Assembly (NCBI RefSeq): GCF_009914755.1
Contig: NC_060934.1
DNA: 64,000 nucleotides
Strand: one strand, 5' to 3'
DNA from: the human T2T-CHM13v2.0 reference genome, Homo sapiens
Every line of letters starts with the position of its first letter. Position 1 is the stretch's first letter. The translations under genes were made by a program, and so were the position numbers. The notes below the pieces were generated by a model that ran no database searches, was not told the origin of the DNA, and saw only the letters and a program-made list of their open reading frames with translations. Positions 1 through 13,080 of the stretch are shown one piece after another.

Positions 1-734
1 CTGTGGTTATAGGGGCTAAAGGGGCTCCTTCCAAATGGGCACCCTATGTAATGCTACTCCTACTGTTGTCCAGAACAACACGAGAAGCCGTAGCAAATTG
101 GCTGTTTCAGCTTCCCCTCATGGGTCTTACAGATGCTAATAATACATTAAAGTAATTAAGAAGAGCATGGGGAAAAGCAAAAGGGAGAGTCAAAGGACTC
201 ATTCCAGGAAGGTGGAAATTTTTAAATGGTTATTCTAAAAAATAAGGTGAAGAAAGAAAACAATGATAGAAAAACAATGAAACTCAGAGAAGAAATGAGA
301 GAGAAACATGGGATTCATCCCATCAGGGTAGTAGAAGTCTTTAGATGGTTATTAAGAAATTAAACGAATAAAATAGAAACTGATGGGGTTAAAACAAAGG
401 TCTTAGTACAACATTACCAAGGGCTGGATGGACCAAAGGGATTTTGCTAGTTCCCCAGCATTAAAGGGCCCCAAACCTTTTTATTCCCTTTACCCTAGAT
501 TGGAGAAATTTTTTTAAAAAGTCAAAAGACAAAGATTACAATGAGAAAGCTGGCCAATAATTGCCTGGGGCATAGTGAGGCAGGTGAACCAAGATATGGA
601 TTGACAAAAGGGCCTAAGTCCCTTGGCTCAACCTCCTGCTGGGAACCCAGGTCCTTTTCAAAAGAAAGGGTAAAACGGTCATAAAAGAAGTTTCTGGGAC
701 CAGAATGTAAAAATGCAGGATTGCAAAAGTTGGA

Positions 735-1033
735 TTTTTTTTTTTGTTTTTTTTTTTGTTTTGTTTTTTTTGAGATGTAGTCTCACTCTGTTGCCCAGGC
801 TGAAGTGCGGTGGTGCGATCTCGGCTCACCGCAACCTCTGCCTCTTAGGTTCAACCAATTCTCCTGCCTCAGCCTCATGAGTAGCTGGGAGTACAGGCGC
901 CCACCACCTCACCTAGCTAATTTTTGTATTTTTAGTAGAGACAGGGTTTCACCGTGTTGGCCAGGCTGGTCTTGAACTCCTGACCTCAGGCGATCCACCT
1001 GCCTCAGCCTCCCAAAGTGCTTGGATTACAGGC
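735..1033 (-). mobile_element. AluS, slightly 5'-truncated, inserted in the ERV
   Basis: Antisense Alu body with a T-rich tail; target-site duplication (TSD) GCAAAAGTTGGA at 723-734 and 1032-1043. Confidence 0.95.
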
Positions 1034-1199
1034 AAAAGTTGGAATGTTTAAACAGGCATTTTCTAAAGTGATTGTGTCTTCTTTACCTAAATGTTTATAA
1101 AAATGGATCTTGTATCTGACTGGGAGAGGTTTCCCCTACCTAGTACTATAAAACAGAAAGGATGTAAATGCGCCCCTCAGGCAATATTAAATGGACATG

Positions 1200-1404
1200 T
1201 GCGGGCAGGAGAACAACACATGCTGGGGCCTTTTGTGGGGGGCCTGAGGGAGAGCATTGGGAAGAATAGCTAATGAACACTGGGCTTGACACCTGGGTGA
1301 CGGGATGATATGTGCAACTGGCCATCATGGCACACGTTTACCTACGTAACAAACCTGCACATCCTGCATATGTACTCCTGAACTTAAAAGTTGAAGAAAA
1401 AAAA
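1200..1404 (+). mobile_element. L1PA 3' end fragment with poly(A), inserted in the ERV
   Basis: L1 3'UTR motif CATGGCACACGTTTACCTACGTAACAAACCTGCACATCCTGCA, an A tail, and TSD AAATGGACATG on both sides. Confidence 0.9.
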
Positions 1405-2810
1405 AATGGACATGCTAAATGAGAACCAGTAAGATTGCCCAAGCCCACAGAGTGGAGAGTAAAAGCTAGAATGCTGGTGGGAACAAATTCTGTACTTTGA
1501 TAGCCCTTTGTAGAGCATTTATTGCAGGTTTTGGCAAAAGTCTGTGAGCACTTCCCAATGATGATTACTGAGACTTTAAGAGAATTTCCACTTGAGGAGC
1601 ATTTACTGCCTTGCTAAGGGACATTAAGTGAAGCTATCCCTATGCTAACAGGGATAGCAGTGCCCCATTGAAGTGCCCAGGGTTCCCTAATAAAATGGAA
1701 ATGGTTTATATAGGATGATGCCATCTGGAGTGTACAACGAGGAGATACTCATGAGCAAAGAGCTACTTTCTCCCTAGGACTGCGTCTGAAGCTATGCGAG
1801 GAGCTCCTGGATTTTACATTACCCAATAAATAGCTCTCACCTGACTGATAAAGAGCTGCTTGGTTTGTGGATGGTAGCTCCAAGATGAAAGGACAATGTC
1901 CTGCTTGGAAGGCTGCTACTCTGATTGTAAAGCATACTTTTGTGAGCAGAATATACCTCTCTGAGTTCTCCAAAATTTGGAAACTATCTGTGAGTATTCC
2001 TGAAACTTATTTTGCACATAAATTGGCCATACTATCATTTCTTTTTAGTAAAAAAGGAGAGATTAGAGAGAGAGAAATTCTATTTCAAAGGAAAACTATA
2101 ACACAATTATTATTGGATTCCAGCTGTGACTTTTGTTTTGAATTATTATTTTTCTGCAGTGGGTCTCTAAAAAAGAACCTAGTTATAATTTTCTTCATGA
2201 TGTTTTTAGTTAGCTCTCTCATGGAATAAGTTCCTCTTCCATTCTGACATATAAATTCTCTTTTGTCAAATGATTAATGTTATTTATTTCCCCATTGTTT
2301 CACTTCGTCTGAGAAAACTGAAGTTGCGGTGTTTTGAAAACTACAGATGATTTAAGAGCCTATGAATCTCCCTAATTTGATATCCCACCGGGCCTGATCT
2401 GTTTCTCCTTGCCAATCCCCTGCTGCTAAAACTATACAAGCACCCTCCCTCTAAGCCCGGGGACTATCATGGAAGAAGCGGGCACATGAAACTGTTAGGT
2501 CTGGTTTTCAGGGATATAATTAATTCAGACCCTACAAATAACCTGGCCTTTTGGCTTTGGTTTTTAGCTCTTTTATTGCATAAAAGGTTTTAAACATTGA
2601 TGAGTGCCTGCCCTCTATGCCATCTGGCCTAGAACACTTAAATTGGCTGTTAAGTTTTTTGGCTCTATGTCTCTTGGCCACAAGGGCCCCACCAAGGGAC
2701 AGGACGGACCTGAAGCAGATAGCCATACCACCTCAGCAACAACATGGGACAAAATGAAAGTGTGGCCACTGATGCTGCCTCTGGCCAATCTTAGCCAAAA
2801 GGGGGAAAAA

Positions 2811-3408
2811 TGAGAAATAAAAACAATTCTAAACACCCAACAGACTGAACACACCTCCTCTTGGCCAAGGAAACCCCAGAGAAACCTGAAAAGCTGAGTT
2901 CACAGCCATGGTGAAATGGGAAGTTGGACACACTTCCTGATACTCCCACCTTCAGGGGAGCCATCAGGCTTTCCTCCCTAAGAGCTAAAAAGAAACTAGT
3001 CCTTTCAAAAGACTACTAGCTTATCTTCACAGGGACACAACAAAGACAAGATTAAACATGCTTTCACCCCTCCCTAAGGTAAGATGAGATTAATCATTCC
3101 TTCACCCTTCCCTGAGACATATGTTTCCTCTATTCCCATTTTCTTCAAATGTTCACCTTATCTTATGTAAGATGTAGATTTACTGGGCACTAACTAAACT
3201 CTCATAAGTATGTAATAATTTGTCTCACTGCTGCCCCATCCCCCACCCTTTTTAAGGAAAATGTAAAACACTAAACTTCCTGAGAACCTCTTTGGAAAAA
3301 GTCATAGGTGCTTCTGTGACTCAAGATTTTCCTGGGCAAGCCCTTAAGGTGGCTCAATAAACCTCAATGATTTGAGACTTGTGCCTTAATCACTCATTTC
3401 GGTTGTCA
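2811..3408 (+). mobile_element. 3' LTR of the ERV (ERV1/MER4-group-like; exact family not determined)
   Basis: TG...CA termini (TGAGAAATAAAAAC ... GGTTGTCA), polypurine tract immediately upstream, AATAAA at 3356-3361. Confidence 0.8.
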
Positions 3409-3906
3409 GTCCACAGAAAAACCGGTATATAAATGTTCATAATATAACTAGTCATAATAGCAAGAAAGTGGAAACATTTCAAAATGTCTTTCAACTGTTG
3501 AAAGAATAAACAAAATATGCTATACTCATAAAACAATCTATTCAGAAAACAAAATGAGCTACTGATATACACTGCAATATCCATGAACCTCAAAACTATG
3601 TAAAGTGAAAGAAGATATACACAAAAGAATACATATTTTATGAGTCTATTTATAGAAAAGGCAAATCTATAGACAGAAAGTGAATGGTTGCCTGGAACTA
3701 GAGGACAGAAGTGGGTATAGACTATAAAAGAGCACTGGGAACTTTTGGGGGTTGCTGTGGTTTAAATGTGTTCATATGTTGGAATCTTAATCCCCAACGC
3801 AACCATGGTGGGAGGTGGGGCCAAATGGGAGGTGTTTGGGTCATTGAGGGCCCTGCCTTTATTAACGTAACATTGTTCTGCACTCATTAATGTAACACTG
3901 TTATCA

Positions 3907-4279
<373 letters not shown>

Positions 4280-4402
4280 TTATTCTTCCACCATCTGCCA
4301 TGGAATGATTCAGCACAAAGGCCCCCACTAGATGCTGGCACCATGTTCTTCAACTTCCCAGCCTCCAGAACCATGAACTAAATAAACTTCTAGAGTTTAA
4401 AA

Positions 4403-4781
4403 GGTATAGATTGGATTTGTGTTCCCACCCAAATCTCAGGTCGAATTATAATCCCCAGTGTTGGAGAAAAGGCCTGGTGGAAGGTAACTGGATCATGGAG
4501 GCAGACTTCCTCCCTTGCTGTTCTCATGATAGTCAGTGAATTCTCATGAGATCTGGTTGTTTAAAGGTATGCAGCACTTCCCCCATCTCTCTCTTCCTCC
4601 TGCTCCAGCCGTGTTAAGACATGCCTACTTCACCTTCTACCATGATTGAAAGTTTCCTGAGGCCTCCCCAGCCATGCATCCTGTACAGCCTGTGGACCCA
4701 TGAGCCAATTAAACTTGCTTTCTTTATAAATTACCCAGCCTCAGGTAATTCTTTATAGCAGTGTGAGAATAGACTAATACA
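4403..4781 (+). mobile_element. MSTA/MSTB-type solo LTR
   Basis: CCCACCCAAATCTCA ... GTTTCCTGAGGCCTCCCCAGCCATG ... AGACTAATACA. Confidence 0.85.
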
Positions 4782-6363
4782 CATAAATTAGCCAGTCTCA
4801 GGTACTGTTACAGCAACCCAAAATGAAGTAAGAGATATTAAAAAATGTTCTAAAACTGAATTGTGTTGATAGATACAAAACTCTAAAAATTCACTCAAAA
4901 TAAATGACCTATATACTTATCTATACCCACTTACCCTGGGTAATTTTATGATCTTGAAATTATACCTTACTGAAGCTGCTAAACAATAAAAACTTTTTAA
5001 AAATATATATAAATATAAGTCTACACTTCTACCCCTTCTTAGAAATTCTCTCCTCCTCCCTTATCACTAAGCTGCCTCTTTAAACAGAGATGCCTAGGGC
5101 TGGGGATGCAAAGCCCACAGGAATCTGCTGGGTTTCAAACCTTTTTTTTGAACAGAGTACGTCATCCCTTTTTAATTTCTCCTAAAATATCCATTGATTT
5201 GTAGGTAATGTAGTGTTACAACCCCAAATTGCCTCACGAAGGCTTTGCCTGATAGTTGGTTTCTATTTCTGGGGCCAACTCACTTCTAATTGTCCTCTTG
5301 GTTTCTGAGATCACTTTTTCTCTGACACTGGATTTAGTTCAGCCTCATTCCTTAGAACAAAACCTTGCAATAAGAAACACAAATACCACCACAGACCCCA
5401 GACCAGGAATCATTCAGATTGGCATCAGCTAGCTTCCCACTAGCTTTGAGGAAGGGTGGAGTTTAAGAAGTGTTTCACAAACTAAAAGGCTTATCCCAGA
5501 GATTCCCATCTTAAAAAAAAAAAAAGAACATCTTTTAAATGTCAAAACATTTTTGTAACCCACATTTAGTAGTGATTTTATTTTAGTATCAGTTGATTGA
5601 AAAAAATACAGAATGACAAAAAGCTACTATAATAGCTTAAATGCTCTTAAGTAAATTTGCATTTTATTAATCATAACCATATCTACATTTATCAGGAAGG
5701 AAAATCTATTTAAAAAAAGAAAGAAATTCTTGCACAAGCTGCTTCTGCATTCTGGGGAAGCACAGAATTCACCCCTGGGGGAATAAGTCAGTCTTTTGTT
5801 TGGTATGGCACAGTCTTTAGGCTGTGAAAGGGATGGCTCTAGGCTAGTCTGACAGTTGAGTCAGGCTGAAAAGAGATAAACTGTTCTGCATAATGAAATA
5901 ATAAAGATTTTTAGGTGGTCCCCTGGTAATTTAAAGGAGTGATGGCTTTTTGATTTTCTTTTTATTTAGTTGTTGTTGGCAGGGAAGTAGGGACGAGAAA
6001 GAAGAATCTGAACACGGTGTTCAGAAGTTTTGGGGAGAAAAGTTTTCATGGGAAGAGTTGTTGAACATAACTTCAGACCACCATTAGTGCTTAGTGCAAA
6101 GATCTGGACACTCCCAGACATCCTGATTTACAAAGGGGGATACCTGCTGTAAGAAATGTGCCTTCTAGTAATTTTCTTGAGTTAACCCTTTGGAATCAAA
6201 AGAACTAAAAATGAGTTTTATACATACAGGAAGAAGATCCCAAGCAGCTGAACTAGTACTGTACACAGAACAAAACGTCAACATAGGTCCTACAAGACAG
6301 TCCCACTGAGTCTGTCCATTGAAAGGACAATTGTAACATCCTAGCACTACAGTAAAGGCAACA

Positions 6364-6514
6364 CAGATGTTCCTTGGCTTATGATGGGCTTACAAAGCAT
6401 TTACCCAGACAGAACCCCATCATAAGATGAGGAGGTACTAAATGTATATTGCTTTTGAACCACTAAAAAGTTGAAAAATAGTAAGTGGAACCATCCTAAG
6501 TTGGGGACTGTCTA
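6364..6514. mobile_element. TcMar-Tigger-derived MITE
   Basis: Imperfect terminal inverted repeats (TIRs) CAGATGTTCCTTGGCTTATGATGG and CCATCCTAAGTTGGGGACTGTCT. Confidence 0.6.
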
Positions 6515-6766
6515 TAATCTCTTTACAACTTATTTTTAAAAAGCTCTCTAGCATATACATTTTTAAAAACTTAACCATCAAAAAACCCTATGAGGAAGGT
6601 ATTATCAACCCAGTTTTACAATGTGGAAATTGAGGCTCATGTGGAATAAAATTATGTGTTATATCTCATAAGAAAGTCACAGAGTAGCAGGAGGTGGAAC
6701 AAAATGGATGAATACAAGCTTCCACCAATCATCCTCCCTGAAGAAATATCAAGTTTAACAGCTATC

Positions 6767-6820
6767 TACACACTCACACAAACACACACACACATGCACA
6801 CACACACACACACACACACA
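6767..6820 (+). repeat. Interrupted (CA)n microsatellite
   Basis: Read directly from the sequence. Confidence 0.9.
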
Positions 6821-7336
6821 AGCACCTTCATAAGAACCAAACATTAAGTGAGTAATCACAGTGCCTGATTTTAACTTCATATCACTGAAAGAGGCACTGA
6901 AGAGGGTAGGAAAGACAATCTTGAATTGCTGATGCCATCCCTTCCCCAACCCCCAGCAGCAGCCCCAAAGCATAGAGAATCCGTGCACTTGGGGGAGAAA
7001 GAGCACAGTGATTGTGGGACTTTGCATTGGAACTCAGTGCTGTCTGTCACAGTGAAAAGCAACCCTGGCCAGAACTCAGCTGAAATAAATGGAGGGAGCA
7101 TTTAAACCAACCCTAGCCAAAGGGGAATTGTCCCTGCCAGCAGTTAGAACTTGAGTTCCAGCAAGCCTTGCCACTGCAGGCTAAGGTGCTCTGGGGTCTT
7201 AAACAAATTAGAAAGGCAGTCTAGGTCACAAGGACTGCAACTCCAAGGCAATTCCTAGTGCTGTGCTGGGTTCAAGGCCAGTGGACTTCGGGGACACATG
7301 ACCTAGTGAGACACCAACCAGTACAGCCAAGGGAAT

Positions 7337-9718
7337 TGACGTGGTTTGATGTTAGGTGTCCCCACCCAAATCTCATGTTGAATTGTAATCTTCAGTGTTG
7401 GAGAAAGGGCCTGGTGGGAGGTGACTGAATCATGAGGGTGGACTTCCCCGTTGCTATTCTTGTGGTAGGGTTCTCATGAGATCTGGTTGTTTGAAAGTAT
7501 ATAGCACCTCCCCCTTCACTCTCTCTCTCTCTCCTGCTGGCAATGGGAAAGACATGCTTGATTCCCTTTACTTTCTGCCATGATTTTAAGTTTCCTGAGG
7601 CCTCCCCAGCCATGCCTCCTGTACAGCCTTTGGAACTGTGAGTCAATTAAACCTCTTTTCTGCATAAATTACCGAGTCTCAGGTAGTTCTTTATAGCAGT
7701 GTAATCACAAACTAATACATAAAATTGGTACCAGGAGTGGGGCATTGCTATAAATATACCTGAAAATGTGGAAGCAGCTTTGGAACTGGGTAATAGGCAG
7801 AGTTTAGAACAGTTTGAAGGGATCAGAAGAAGACAGAAAGATGGTAGGAAAGTTTGGAACTTCCTAGAGACTTGTTAAATTGTTGTGACCAAAATGCTGA
7901 AAGTGATATAAAGAATAAAGTCCAGGCTGAAGTCTCAGATGGAGATGAGGAACTTATTAGGAACTGAAGTAAAGGTCACACTTGCCATGCTTTAGAAAAG
8001 AGACTGGCAGCATTGTGCCTACCCCTGCCCTAGAGATCTGTGGAACTTTGAGCTTGAGAAAGACGATTGAGGGTATCTGGCAGAAGAAATTTCTAAGCAG
8101 CAAAGCATTCAAGACATGGCCTGGCTGCTTCTAACAGCATATGCTTGTATTCATAAGCAAAGAGATGATCTGAAACTGGAACTTATGTTTAAAAGGGAAG
8201 CAGAGCATAAAAGTTTGGAAAATTTGTAGTCTGGCCATATGGCAGAAAAGAAAAGCCCATTTTCAGGGAAGGAATTTGAGTTGGTTGCAGCAATTTGCAT
8301 AAGTAAAGAAGAGCCTGATGTTAATAGCCAAGACAACGGGGAATATGCCCCTAGGGCATTTCAGAGACTTTAACAGCAGCCCCTCCCATCACAGGCCTGG
8401 AGGCTGGGAGGGAAGAATGGTTTCATGGGCCAGGACCAGGAACCTGCTGCTCTGTGCAGCCTCGAGACATGTCACCTGGTGTCCTAGCTACTCTGCTCCA
8501 GCCATGGAGCCACATCTAAAAGAGGCCAAGGTACAGTTCAGGCCACTGTTCCAGAGGGTGCAAGCCAGAAGCCACCAAGGCTTCCATGTGGTATTAAGCC
8601 TGTGGGTGCACAGAAGGCAAGAGATGAGGCTTGGGAGCCTCCACCTAGATCTCAGATGATGTATGGAAATGCCTGGATGTGCAGGCAGAAGTCTACTGCA
8701 GGGGCAAAGCCCTCATGGAGAACCCCTTCTAGGGCAGTGTGTATGGGGAAATGTGGAGTTAGAGTACCTACACAGAATCCCCACTGGGGCACTGCCTCGT
8801 GGAGCTGTTAGAAGAGGGCCACTGTCCTCCAGACCCCAGAATCTACCAACAGCTTGCACCATGCACCTGGAAAAGCTGCAGGCTCTCAACACCAGCCCAT
8901 AAAAGCAGCCGAGGGGGCTATACCCTGCAGATACACAGGGGTGGAGCTGCCCAAGGCCTTGGGAGCCCATCCCTTGTGTCAGTATGGCCTACAAATGAGA
9001 CATGGAGTCAAAGAATATTATTTTGGAGCTTTAAGATGTAATGACTGCCCTGCTGGGTTTCAGACTTGCATAGAGCCTATTTGTTTCGGCTGATTTCTCC
9101 CGCTTGGAATGGGAGCATTTACCCATTGTCTGTACTATCACAGTATCTTAGAAGTAACTAATTTGTTCTTAATTTTACAGGCTCATAGTGGAAGGGACTT
9201 GCCTTGTTTCACATGAGACTTTGGACTTGGACTTTTGAGTTGATGCTGGAATGAGTTAAGACTCTGGGGGACTGTTGGGAAGGCATGATTGTTTTGAAAT
9301 GTGAGAAGGACATGAGATTTGGAAGGGGCCAGGAGCAGAATGATAGAGTTTGGCTCTGTGTCCCCACCCAAATCTCATAATGACCTACAATCTTCAATGC
9401 TGGAAGAGAAGCCTGGTGGGAGTTGATTCAATTATGGGGGTGAAAATCCCCCTTGCTGTTCTCATGATAGAGTTCTCATGAGATCCAGTTGTTTGAAAGT
9501 GTGTAGCACCTCCCCTTTCACTCTCTTTTTCCTGCTGGCCATGGGGAAGACATGCTTGCTTCCCCTTTGTCTTCTGCCATGATTTTAAGTTTCCTGAGGT
9601 CTCCCAAGCCATGCCTCCTGTAGAGCCTTCAGAATTGTGAGTCAATTAAACCCCTTTTCTTCATAAATTACTGAGTCTCAGGTAGTTCTTTATAGCAGTG
9701 TGATCACAGAGTAACACA
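7337..9718 (+). mobile_element. Complete MSTA-type MaLR provirus (LTR 7337-7719, internal 7720-9340, LTR 9341-9718) inserted in the L1 5'UTR
   Basis: Two direct-repeat LTRs with TG...CA ends; THE1/MST-internal sequence (GGAAAGTTTGGAACTTCCTAGAGACTTGTTAAAT); degenerate 5-bp TSD GGAAT/GGAGG. Confidence 0.92.
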
Positions 9719-10893
9719 GGAGGGCTTGTACTAACCATCCCCCAATCCCAGGCAGTGCAGCTTGCAGCTCTGAACAAGATTCCTTCCTTCCACTTAAGGA
9801 GAGGAGAGCGAAGAGCAAAGAGTTGTCTTGCAATTTGGATATCAGCTGAGCCACAACAGGATAGGGTACCAAACAGAGTTCTGAGGTCCCCATTCCATTT
9901 CCTAGTGCCCAGATGACATTTCCAGACACACATTGGGTCAGAAGGGAAAACACTGTCTTGAAGGAAAGGATGTAGTCCTTGCAGGATTAATAACCTCCTG
10001 ACTAAAGAGCCTTTGAGCCCTGAATAATCAGCAGTGGTATCTAGGTAGTACACACTGTGAGCCTTGGATGAGACTCTGAGATGTACTGGCTTCAGGTGTG
10101 ACCCAGCACATTCCCAGCTGTGGTAGCCAAGGGGAGGGATTCCTTCTTGGGAAAAGCAGAAAAAAGAGTAAAGGGGACTTAGTCTTGCAGCTTAGATACC
10201 AGTTTGGCCACAGCTGGGTAGAGCACCAAGCAGGCCCTTGGTGTTCCCTAATTCCAGGCCTTGGCTCTTGGATTTCTGGACCTGTCCTGGGCCAGAGGGG
10301 AACATATTTCCCTGAAGGGTGAGTCCCAATCCTGGAAACATTCACCACAAGCTGACTGAAAAGCTCCTGGGCCTTAAGTGAACATCAGTGGTAGCCTGGC
10401 AGTATTCCTCATGGGCCTGGGGTAATGGTGGCTATGGGGAGAGACCCCTCTTCTTGTGGAAGGGGGAGGGACTATTGGGAAAGACATTGCCTTGTGGCAC
10501 CAGCACAGATTTCTTTGGTTTCTGACTTCAGGTCCTGGCTCCTGGGTGGCTTTTCTGGGCCCATCTGGGGCCCTGGGGAACTCCACTCCCTGAAGGGGAA
10601 GGCTGGCTGGCTTTACCACCTGCTGGCTGTAGAGCCCTAGGGCCTTGAGTGAATACAGGCAGTAGCCAGGTAGTGGTTACAGTGGGCCTTGGGCAAGACT
10701 CAGTGTTTTGACCCAGGGCAGTCCCAGTGGTGGTGAATACAGGGCTACTTATATAACCCCTTTCCCAGCTCCAGGCAACTCAACACAGAGAGAGAAGCTC
10801 CATTTGTTTAGGAGAAAGTAAGGCAAGAATATGACAGTCTCTGCCTGGCAATCCAGAGAATTCTTCAGGATCTCATCCACAACCACCAAGGCA

Positions 10894-10959
10894 GTACCTC
10901 TATGAGTCTGCAGGCTTGTACCTCTATGAGTCTGCAGGCTTATACCTCTACAAGGCTGC
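10894..10959 (+). repeat. 24-bp tandem repeat, about 2.7 copies
   Basis: GTACCTCTATGAGTCTGCAGGCTT twice, then ATACCTCTACAAGGCTGC. Confidence 0.9.
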
Positions 10960-12348
10960 CGCCTAATGCAGACATGGCGGCAGTGACCAAAAACTTAGAT
11001 CACAACATCCAAGTCCCTTCAAATACCTGAAAAACCTTCCTAAGAAGGATGGGTACAAACAAGCCCAGCCTGAGAAGACTACAATAAATACCTAACTCTT
11101 CAATGCACAAACACCAACAAATATCCACAAGCATCAAGATCACCCAGGAAAATATGATCTCAAAAATAAACTAAATAAGTCACCAGGAGCCAATCCCAGA
11201 GAGATGGAGATATGTGACCTTTCAGACAGAGAATTCAAAATAGCAGTTTTGAGAAAACTCAATGAAATTTAAGATAACACAGAGAAGGAATTTGGGATCT
11301 TATCAGATAAATATAACAAAGGAATTCATAATTTGAAAAAATCAAACAAATTCTAGAGTTGAAAAATGAAATTGACATACTGAAGAATGCATCAAAGTCT
11401 CTTAATAGCAGAACTGACCAAGTATCAGAAAGAATTAGTGAGCTTGAAGACAGGCTATTTGGAAATACACAGTCAGAGAAGACAAAATGAAAAAAGAATT
11501 TAAAAAATGAAGCACACCTACAAGACTAGAAAATAGCATGAAAGGGGCAAGTTTAAGAGTCACTGGCCTTAAAGAGGAAGTGGAGAGAGAGATAGGGATT
11601 GAAAGTTTATTCAAAGGGATAACAGAGAACTTGACAAACCTAGAGAAAGCTATCAATATCCAAGTAAAAGAAGATTAAAGAATGCCAAGCAGATTTAACC
11701 CAAAGAAGACTACATCAAAGCATTTAATAAACTCCCAAAGGTCGAAGATAAAGAAAAGATCCTGAAAGTAGCAAGAGAAAAGAAACAACATACTATGAGC
11801 TCTAATATGTCTGGCAGCAGACTTTTCAGTGGAAACCTTACAGGCCAGGAAAGAGTGGCATACATATTTAAAATACTAAAGAAAAAAAAACTTTTACCCT
11901 AGAATAATATATCTGGTGAAAATATCCTTCAAACATGAAGGAGAAATAAAGACTTGCCCAGACAAACAAATGCTGAGGTATTTTATCAACAGCAGACCTG
12001 TCCTACAAGTAAACGGAATTTTTTCAGTCTGAAAGTAAAGGAAGTAAATGAGCAATAAGAAATCATCTGAAGGTATAAAACTCACTGATAATAATAAGTA
12101 AACAGAAAAACACAAAATATAATAACACTGTAATTGTGGTATGTTAACTACTCACCTCTTGAGTGGAAAGACTAAAAGATGAACTGATAAAAATAATAAC
12201 TTTTTAAGGCACAGACAGTACTATAAGATATAAATAGAAACAACAAAAAGTTTAAAAGCAAGAGGATGAAGGTGAAGTGTAGAGTTTTTATTACTTATTG
12301 CTTGTTTATGCAATCAGTGTTAAGTTGTCATAAGTTTAAAATACTGGG

Positions 12349-12665
<317 letters not shown>

Positions 12666-12932
12666 TTATTATTTGCAAGCCTCATAGTAACTTCAAAACA
12701 AAACAAAACAAAACATACCACAAATATGCAAAAAATAAAAAGAAACAAATTCAACCATACCACTAGAGAAAATAACCTTTACTAAAAGGAAGACAGAAAG
12801 GAAGGAAAGAAGGAAGAGAAGAACACAAAACAACCAGAAAATAAATAAAAAATGGCTGAAGTAAGTCCTTACTTATTAATAACAACAATGAATGTAAATG
12901 GACTAAACTCTCCAATGAAAAGACACAGAGTA

Positions 12933-13080
12933 GGCTGGGTATGTTGGCTCACACTTGGAATCTCAGCACTTTGGGAGGCCAAGGGTGGAGGATTGCTAGA
13001 GCACAGGAATTTGAGACCAGCCTGGGCAACAAAGTGAGACCATGTCTCTACTAAAAATAAAAATTAAACCAAAAATTAGT
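12933..13080 (+). mobile_element. FLAM/AluJ left monomer inside L1 ORF2
   Basis: Single Alu arm with an A-rich tail; degenerate AAAAGACA..AGT duplication on both sides. Confidence 0.85.

Larger units (their letters stand above)
1..2810 (+). mobile_element. Decayed endogenous retrovirus internal region with ERVL-like gag and pol/RNase H remnants; runs off the window start
   Basis: Translated fragments VEVFRWLLRN*TNKIETDGVKTKVLVQHY (331-417), LEEHLLPC*GTL (1591), SLIKWKWFI*D (~1684) and RAAWFVDGSS (1852) resemble ERVL gag and pol motifs. A polypurine tract AAAAGGGGGAAAAA at 2797-2810 directly precedes an LTR. Confidence 0.75.

Noticed and set aside
8318-9093. Cluster of ORFs in the MSTA internal region
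   Set aside because: Decayed MaLR internal sequence with no continuous frame.
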